DNA of 64,000 nucleotides from an uncultured Myxococcaceae bacterium (GTDB lineage Bacteria; Myxococcota; UBA727; JABDBI01): NCBI GenBank assembly GCA_964635635.1, contig CAZWPE010000006.1, positions 42,488 to 106,487 of the forward strand, read 5' to 3'. Shown piece by piece: positions 58,503 to 64,000 of this stretch (position 1 is its first letter; each line of letters starts with the position of its first letter). The notes under the pieces were generated by a model. It saw only the letters and a program-made list of their open reading frames with translations, ran no database searches and was not told where the DNA came from. The position numbers and the translations under genes were made by a program.

Positions 58503-59927
58503 ATGAATGAAACTCCTGTCTCAGTAGGCACTCTCATGGAAGAGTACAGATCGAGGCTTCCAGCAGAAACTGAGGCTCCAATGCAGCTAGGTTCTTTGCA
58601 CGGTCGCCAGCCGCCGCATGCGCTCGACGCTGAACGCGGAACCCTTTGCTCGATTTTGATCGACCCTGAAGCCATGGAGACCGTAAGTTTGGAAGGTTTG
58701 AGACCGGACGATTTCTATCATCCATCTCATTCGATCGTTTTTGCAGCGATGTTATCGCTTCAACAACAACATCAGCCCATCAATACCGTTACTGTCACAG
58801 ATGAGTTGGTCGTCACTCAGAAATTAGATTTAATTGGCGGTTCAGCGTTTGTTGCGCAGCTTGAAACCCTCTTCCCCACATCGGCACATGTCGCTGCCTA
58901 TGCCAAGCTTGTCAAAGACAAATCAACCCTCCGGAAATTGATCTCTGCCGCCACCAAAGTGGTGAACTCTTCCTACCGCCAAGACCGCCGTGTGGTTGAT
59001 GTGATCGATGAAGCCGAACGAGTGATCTTGCAGATCCGAGATGAAACCTCCCAAAAAGGTATGCTCTCCATCCAAGAGCTTGTGACTGTTGCATTGCAAC
59101 GTCTAGAACTCATGTACAACAACAAGACAAATCTTGTTGGTTTGTCTTCAGGATTTGCAGACTTTGATCGTCTTACCAGTGGCCTTCAGCCAGGTGAATT
59201 AATCATCGTTGCAGCTAGGCCTTCCATGGGTAAAACTGCTTTCACGTTGAATATTGCCGCGCACGTTGCAATGCATACCAAAACACCGGTTGCGTTCTTC
59301 TCGTTGGAAATGGGTGCTGAACAATTAGTCCATCGTTTGATTGGATCCGAGGCACGAATCGATCTATCTAATCTGCGCCGCGGCATGGTTCAGAGAAATG
59401 AATTCGCTCAACTGGTAGCAGCAGCCGGTCACCTCGGTGAAGCGCCGCTTTACATTGATGAAACTCCGGCACTTTCAATTGCAGAAATGCGCAACAAATG
59501 CCGGCGCATGGCGCTCAGACACGATGTTAAATTGGTGATCGTTGACTATTTGCAGCTCATGACCGGCCCTGATGGATATGACAACAAGGCGACTGAAGTT
59601 GCAGAAATCTCGAAGGGTCTTAAGAGCATTGCTCGTGAGTTAAAAGTGCCAGTGATTGCTCTTTCTCAGCTTAACCGTGGCGTTGAATCTCGAACCGACA
59701 AGCGGCCCATGATGAGCGACTTGCGTGAGTCCGGAGCTATCGAGCAGGACGCTGACTTAATCGCATTTTTGTATCGTGAAGAGTATTATTTGCGCGACAA
59801 AACACCTGAAGATAAATTGGGTATTGCGGAAGTGATTGTGGCCAAAAACCGTAACGGCCCCACAGGCCAGTTTGATCTGCGATTCTTTAATAATATTACC
59901 AGGTTCGTGGATTTAGAGCGGGGGTAA
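58503..59927 (+). CDS. dnaB: Replicative DNA helicase
   Basis: PPHALDAE, AARPSMGKT, FSLEM, VDYLQLM, LSQLNR, SDLRESGAIEQDAD, KNRNGP; no intein. Confidence 0.98.
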   Translation: MNETPVSVGTLMEEYRSRLPAETEAPMQLGSLHGRQPPHALDAERGTLCSILIDPEAMETVSLEGLRPDDFYHPSHSIVFAAMLSLQQQHQPINTVTVTDELVVTQKLDLIGGSAFVAQLETLFPTSAHVAAYAKLVKDKSTLRKLISAATKVVNSSYRQDRRVVDVIDEAERVILQIRDETSQKGMLSIQELVTVALQRLELMYNNKTNLVGLSSGFADFDRLTSGLQPGELIIVAARPSMGKTAFTLNIAAHVAMHTKTPVAFFSLEMGAEQLVHRLIGSEARIDLSNLRRGMVQRNEFAQLVAAAGHLGEAPLYIDETPALSIAEMRNKCRRMALRHDVKLVIVDYLQLMTGPDGYDNKATEVAEISKGLKSIARELKVPVIALSQLNRGVESRTDKRPMMSDLRESGAIEQDADLIAFLYREEYYLRDKTPEDKLGIAEVIVAKNRNGPTGQFDLRFFNNITRFVDLERG

Positions 59928-59969
59928 CCTCACCCCGAACCCCTCTCCACAAGTGGAGAGGGGGCCTGC
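59924..59969. repeat. CCCTCTCC-family REP overlapping the dnaB stop
   Basis: gtaacctcaccccgaacccctctccacaagtggagagggggcctgcc. Confidence 0.85.
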
Positions 59970-60602
59970 CTAGCGAATCGCTTGTTCCATAGCTATACGC
60001 GCTTCGCTGTACAGCCCTTGCCTGAAGTAACAGCTCCCAAGCTCAAACCAAGCAGCTGAGTTTGATTCATCAATCGCCACGATCTTGCGCAACTGAGAAA
60101 TAGCCTCCTGCATTCGTTCAAGTTTAAGCAAAACCTTAGCGAGTTCAAAACGCATTTCTGTGTTCTCAGGATCTTGCTCGCATGCGATTCTGAACTCTCT
60201 GGCCGCAGCCTTCCATTGTCCTTCAGAAGCCAGTGTCACCCCGAGTTGATAGTGTGCTTCAGGGAATTCATCATCTGCCAAAGTAGCCGTCTCATAAGCA
60301 GTCTTTGCAATCTCAGCGCCATAGTTAGTTAAGAAGCAGCCAAAATTATAATGTATTGTCGCATCGTCGCTATCAGCCTCAAGGGCTCTTAAATAAAGCC
60401 CAAGAGCTTTAAGATGCTCTCCCTTTTCCGCATAAAGATTTGCAATATTGTCATAAGCCGGTGCAAATTCCGGGTCTTTGTCGATGGCTTTTTCAAACTG
60501 ATCCATCGCTTCTAAATCCCAGCCACGGTCAAGCAACTTGAGGCCCATCTCGTTGTGAGCCTCTGAGTTTTTATGCGTAGGTGTCGGTTTTGGACAGTAC
60601 AT
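59970..60602 (-). CDS. TPR-repeat protein
   Basis: Repeated TPR units (AYDNIANLYAEKG, AHYQLGVTLASEG, AWFELGSCYFRQG). Confidence 0.85.
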   Translation of the reverse strand: MYCPKPTPTHKNSEAHNEMGLKLLDRGWDLEAMDQFEKAIDKDPEFAPAYDNIANLYAEKGEHLKALGLYLRALEADSDDATIHYNFGCFLTNYGAEIAKTAYETATLADDEFPEAHYQLGVTLASEGQWKAAAREFRIACEQDPENTEMRFELAKVLLKLERMQEAISQLRKIVAIDESNSAAWFELGSCYFRQGLYSEARIAMEQAIR

Positions 60603-61656
60603 ATTGGAATATGGTCAATAATATACTGGCGATCGGAACTGCCAATAGGGCTCCGAAGATCCCATAAAAATGCTCCCCCGAAATTAAGGCCAAAACAACC
60701 AAAACCGGGTGAATTTGCGCGGAGTTACCTAAAATCTTAGGGTTTAAAAAATTAGCTTCCAGGGCATGGATCCCGGCTATCCAAAGGATGGCCAAAAGGG
60801 AAGTCCATGGGCTAGTCATAAGCCCAACCAGCGCAATTGGAATCGTGCTGATAATGCTTCCAAAAATAGGAACCAAACTGAAAATACCGGCCAGTGATGC
60901 TAGGATAAAGGCAAACTTAATATCCAAAACCAAAAGCCCGACGAGCGTTAGCACAGCGTTCACCAAACAAATTGTAAGCTGACCACGAACAACACCCGAC
61001 AAGCCACGGTCTAGCTTGGCTAAAAATGTCTCAAAATCTGGTCTTTTTGACGACGGAACCATTCTAAAGGCAAATTTCTTGATTCTATCGGTGTCTACCA
61101 AAATAAAACCTGCAATCATCAAAACGAGCATCAAATTAAATAAAAATTTCAAAACTCCTTTAACCAAAACCTGCAATTCAAAAACAATATTTGACGACTG
61201 AGCTCGGATAAAATCTGAAATTTCAGTTAAGATATTCTGGAGCATTTGAAGCAAATCAAGCTCTCCAAATGGGAGCTGATAATAACGCAAATAGTACTCT
61301 AGTTTTGCTACAAATTCTTGAAGATTTGTATCGCGAAGCGCATTAAGACTTTCGGTTGAAGTCTTCGCGAGACGGATGAGTTCACCATAAAGCTCTGGCA
61401 AGAAAAGGGTTGAAACAGCATAAATCACAACCCCAATCACGCCATAAATAAACAAAACAGATATGAATCTCGGAATAACTCGGCCGAATATTTTCTGCCT
61501 AGAAATCCGAGAAACCAATGGCTCCAGCACATACGCCAGCAAGGCAGCTAACACAAACGGGAGCAACACTTCACTCAGCAACACCACCGTCATCACAACC
61601 GCAATCCAGAGACTTGAAAAAATTAAGATTTTTTGGTTTTTTTTAATGAATTCCAT
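60571..61656 (-). CDS. AI-2E family transporter
   Basis: LLPFVLAALLAYVLEPLV, VVRGQL, SLVPIFG, EANFLNPKILG, HPVLV, GALLAVP. Confidence 0.92.
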   Translation of the reverse strand: MEFIKKNQKILIFSSLWIAVVMTVVLLSEVLLPFVLAALLAYVLEPLVSRISRQKIFGRVIPRFISVLFIYGVIGVVIYAVSTLFLPELYGELIRLAKTSTESLNALRDTNLQEFVAKLEYYLRYYQLPFGELDLLQMLQNILTEISDFIRAQSSNIVFELQVLVKGVLKFLFNLMLVLMIAGFILVDTDRIKKFAFRMVPSSKRPDFETFLAKLDRGLSGVVRGQLTICLVNAVLTLVGLLVLDIKFAFILASLAGIFSLVPIFGSIISTIPIALVGLMTSPWTSLLAILWIAGIHALEANFLNPKILGNSAQIHPVLVVLALISGEHFYGIFGALLAVPIASILLTIFQYVLSKTDTYA

Positions 61657-62474
61657 AAATTTTCTATCCTTGGGGCAGCATGAGGGCTTGCAGCCATAAT
61701 TTCAACCCCATGCTTGGCTGAGCCCGTATAACGAAGCGGCTCGCCCGAAATAGCCATAAAAACACCGCCTGATGCCATGACGAGCGCAGCAGGTGCACAA
61801 GTATCCCAAACTTTGATGCGCCGGCCAATGCTTACATAAGCATCTGCATGTCCATCGGCGACCATGGCGGCTTTTAAACCAACAGAACTTTTGCGTAAGA
61901 AGGTCACCCCCGCCTCTACCCCTGTCACCCCAGCGAAAGCTGGGGTCCAGCTCTGGATTCCAGCTTGCGCTGGAATGACAGACGACCATGAATGACTCAC
62001 CGCCAAGCGCAGGCTCTCTAGGGGCATGGGACTCTCTTTGATATTCAGTGTAGTTACACGCCCATCAGCGTCAACTCTCTCAGCCTGGTCTTCAAAGCCA
62101 CGCCACAAAACTCCAGTTGCAGGCTCATAAATCACCCCAAGTGCTGGAACTCCGTGAATGCATAACCCAATCATCACGGCATATTCATTGCCACCTTTTG
62201 AGTAATCTGAAGTCCCATCGATCGGGTCCACAAACCAAACACGTTCTCCCTGGGGCAACTCAGCATCAGGTCGGAAACTCTCTTCACTCACCACTTGATC
62301 TAATGGGAACGCTTCTTGAAGGCCACTAACAATCAGTTTGTCTGCCAAGATGTCACCCTGTGTGACCGGACCCTCAAAGTTGTCTTTGTAATGCAGGACA
62401 CCAAGGTGCTGATATCCTAAGGCTATATGCCCTGCCTGGCGGGCAAGTTTTTCAGCAATAGCCAATTCCTGCAT
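61623..62474 (-). CDS. 3'(2'),5'-bisphosphate nucleotidase CysQ-like (inositol monophosphatase family)
   Basis: VTQGD, VVSEE, WFVDPIDGT, SVGLK, WDTCAP. Confidence 0.85.
   Translation of the reverse strand: MQELAIAEKLARQAGHIALGYQHLGVLHYKDNFEGPVTQGDILADKLIVSGLQEAFPLDQVVSEESFRPDAELPQGERVWFVDPIDGTSDYSKGGNEYAVMIGLCIHGVPALGVIYEPATGVLWRGFEDQAERVDADGRVTTLNIKESPMPLESLRLAVSHSWSSVIPAQAGIQSWTPAFAGVTGVEAGVTFLRKSSVGLKAAMVADGHADAYVSIGRRIKVWDTCAPAALVMASGGVFMAISGEPLRYTGSAKHGVEIMAASPHAAPRIENLWNSLKKTKKS
61923..61980. repeat. dRS3-like double-hairpin element in frame in the cysQ-like gene
   Basis: tgtcaccccagcgaaagctggggtccag-ct-ctggattccagcttgcgctggaatgaca; reads VIPAQAGIQSWTPAFAGVT. Confidence 0.9.
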
Positions 62475-62504
62475 AGAGTTTCATTATACGATAGAATGCT
62501 CATG

Positions 62505-63311
62505 ATGTATCTGGATTATTTTGGTTTGAAAGAAGAAGCATTCACTATGACTCCAAACCCGCGCTTCATCTATTGGACACGTGCGCATGAAGCTGCTGCA
62601 GAAGCGCTGACTTATGGAATCCAATCGCGTAAAGGTTTTTTGTTGCTCACAGGCGAAGTCGGAACAGGCAAAACAACGATTTGCCGTGAAGTCATGGGTC
62701 GTTTGCAAGATCAAGCTGATGCAGCTGTTGTTTTGAATCCACTCATGTCTACGGAAGGACTGCTCAAAGCAATTTTGACCGACTTTGGTCATGAGCCCCA
62801 ACACACATCCAGTGAAGAGATGATTGGGCAGCTCAGCAAGTTTTTGCTCTCAAAAGCAAACACAGACCGCAACGCTGTAGTTTGGATTGATGAAGCCCAA
62901 AACCTGTCATTTGAAGCCCTTGAGACCATTCGCCTGCTCTCCAATCTTGAAACAGACGATAAAAAGCTTTTGCAAATTGTTCTTGTTGGCCAGCCAGAAC
63001 TCGAAAAACTTTTGGGTGAGTATCGTTTGAGACAACTCAACCAGCGCATCAGCATTCGTCAGCGTTTGGGAAGTCTGAACTTTGAAGAGCTGTCAGACTA
63101 TATCCGGCATCGGCTATTTATTGCCGGTGAACGCCAAAGTCTGTCTTTTGAAAAAAAGGCTCTTAAATACGTGTACAAGTACACCAAAGGCTCACCTCGC
63201 ATGACCAATATGCTTTGTGACCGAGCCCTGCTTGCCGCGTTTGCAAAGCGAACGCGCAACATAGACCACACACTGATTAAAGAAGCTTATGATGATTTAG
63301 GTTGGAGATAG
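62505..63311 (+). CDS. ExeA/GspA/MshM-family AAA ATPase
   Basis: MYLDYFGLKEEAFTMTP, TGEVGTGKT, IDEAQNL, LVGQPEL, QRISIR, GSPRMTNMLCD. Confidence 0.9.
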   Translation: MYLDYFGLKEEAFTMTPNPRFIYWTRAHEAAAEALTYGIQSRKGFLLLTGEVGTGKTTICREVMGRLQDQADAAVVLNPLMSTEGLLKAILTDFGHEPQHTSSEEMIGQLSKFLLSKANTDRNAVVWIDEAQNLSFEALETIRLLSNLETDDKKLLQIVLVGQPELEKLLGEYRLRQLNQRISIRQRLGSLNFEELSDYIRHRLFIAGERQSLSFEKKALKYVYKYTKGSPRMTNMLCDRALLAAFAKRTRNIDHTLIKEAYDDLGWR

Positions 63312-63314
63312 CCC

Positions 63315-64000
63315 ATGTCAATTATTCTCAATGCCTTGAGGCAACAAAACAAACAGTCCGAACCAAATGTTCAAGGTATCCTCTGGTCTGCCCAAAAAAC
63401 CCGGAGGATTCCAGCTCTGCCATGGCGAGCGATTGGATTAAGCGCTCTCCTATTCAGCTTAGGCTTTGGCACTGTGATGTTCAGCACCTCATATGTTAAG
63501 ACACGGGTGGTTGACCAGATGCCCAAAGCAGCTGCTCCTGCTCCAATAACCCGGCCGGCTGTACAACCTGAAATCCTTGCCGCGCAGTCCTTTGAACGAG
63601 GAGATTTTGCCGGAAGCATTGCTTTCTTTAACGAAGCCATTGCCGCAAATCCCAATGACTGGGCTTTGCTTAACAATCTTGGTCTGGCTCTCACAAAAGC
63701 AGACCGCTTGGAAGAAGCCGAGTCTGCATTTTTCAAAGCCATTGCTGTCAACACAAGTTGCGCATCTTGCTACAACAATCTTGGAGATCTAGAAGTTAAA
63801 CGCGGCGCATTGGATGAGGCAGAACTTTACTATCAGAAGTCTGCCAAAGCTGACCCCAGCAACCCTGCTCCATATTTCAATTTAGGTGTTTTATATGAGA
63901 AAAAAGGCGACTTGGATGCAGCCTTTGAGGCCTACTCCCAATTTCTGGAAAGAAACCCAAACTCAGAGTCTTTAATGGCCAAAAAAGTTCAGGCACGCCT
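63315..64000 (+). CDS. TPR membrane protein (MshN/GspB-like N-terminus), truncated by the window end
   Basis: Not in the ORF track; open from ATG 63315: MSIILNALRQ, one TM helix, TPRs (NNLGLALTK, YNNLGDL, YFNLGVLY). Confidence 0.8.
   Translation, partial: MSIILNALRQQNKQSEPNVQGILWSAQKTRRIPALPWRAIGLSALLFSLGFGTVMFSTSYVKTRVVDQMPKAAAPAPITRPAVQPEILAAQSFERGDFAGSIAFFNEAIAANPNDWALLNNLGLALTKADRLEEAESAFFKAIAVNTSCASCYNNLGDLEVKRGALDEAELYYQKSAKADPSNPAPYFNLGVLYEKKGDLDAAFEAYSQFLERNPNSESLMAKKVQAR

Overview
Bacterial chromosomal window that looks AT-leaning by eye. Gene content (MYXO-CTERM-like tail, paired Met-zincin lipoproteins, Oar-like TonB-dependent receptor, long HPF plus RapZ, standalone E2 catalytic domain) suggests a Myxococcota/deltaproteobacterial lineage; this is an inference. 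Most of the window is housekeeping backbone: hpf, rapZ, chdC, proBA, recF, beta-carbonic anhydrase, ribF, rpsU, yefM-yoeB, glmM, valS, pepA, rho, punA, feoAB, cca, suhB, mnmA, dnaB, a cysQ-like gene and an exeA-like ATPase. Four accessory features stand out. (1) 0.7-6.7 kb: a LicD / 2x GT-A / TagF-like / cytidylyltransferase / phosphatase cluster in which every enzyme carries a predicted export or lipoprotein signal, including the normally cytoplasmic CTP-dependent enzyme. (2) 6.7-11.5 kb: an integrase-free array of three divergent AAA_14-DUF4143 ATPase-nuclease genes. Each is followed by a copy of the same tRNA-Asp (two complete, one 5'-truncated) and each has its own repeat or palindrome at its promoter; hpf and vapC remnants sit at the left edge. 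(3) 53-57.6 kb: a signal-peptide + ankyrin + CE-clan (Ulp1-like) protease, two small secreted proteins, a 233-bp nested-hairpin MITE-like element and a wHTH gene next to tRNA-Lys. (4) At least three families of short palindromic repeats occur between genes and in frame inside feoB, suhB, cysQ and the wHTH gene. No CRISPR array, rRNA, integrase or transposase was found. All family assignments come from motif recognition by eye, not database searches.
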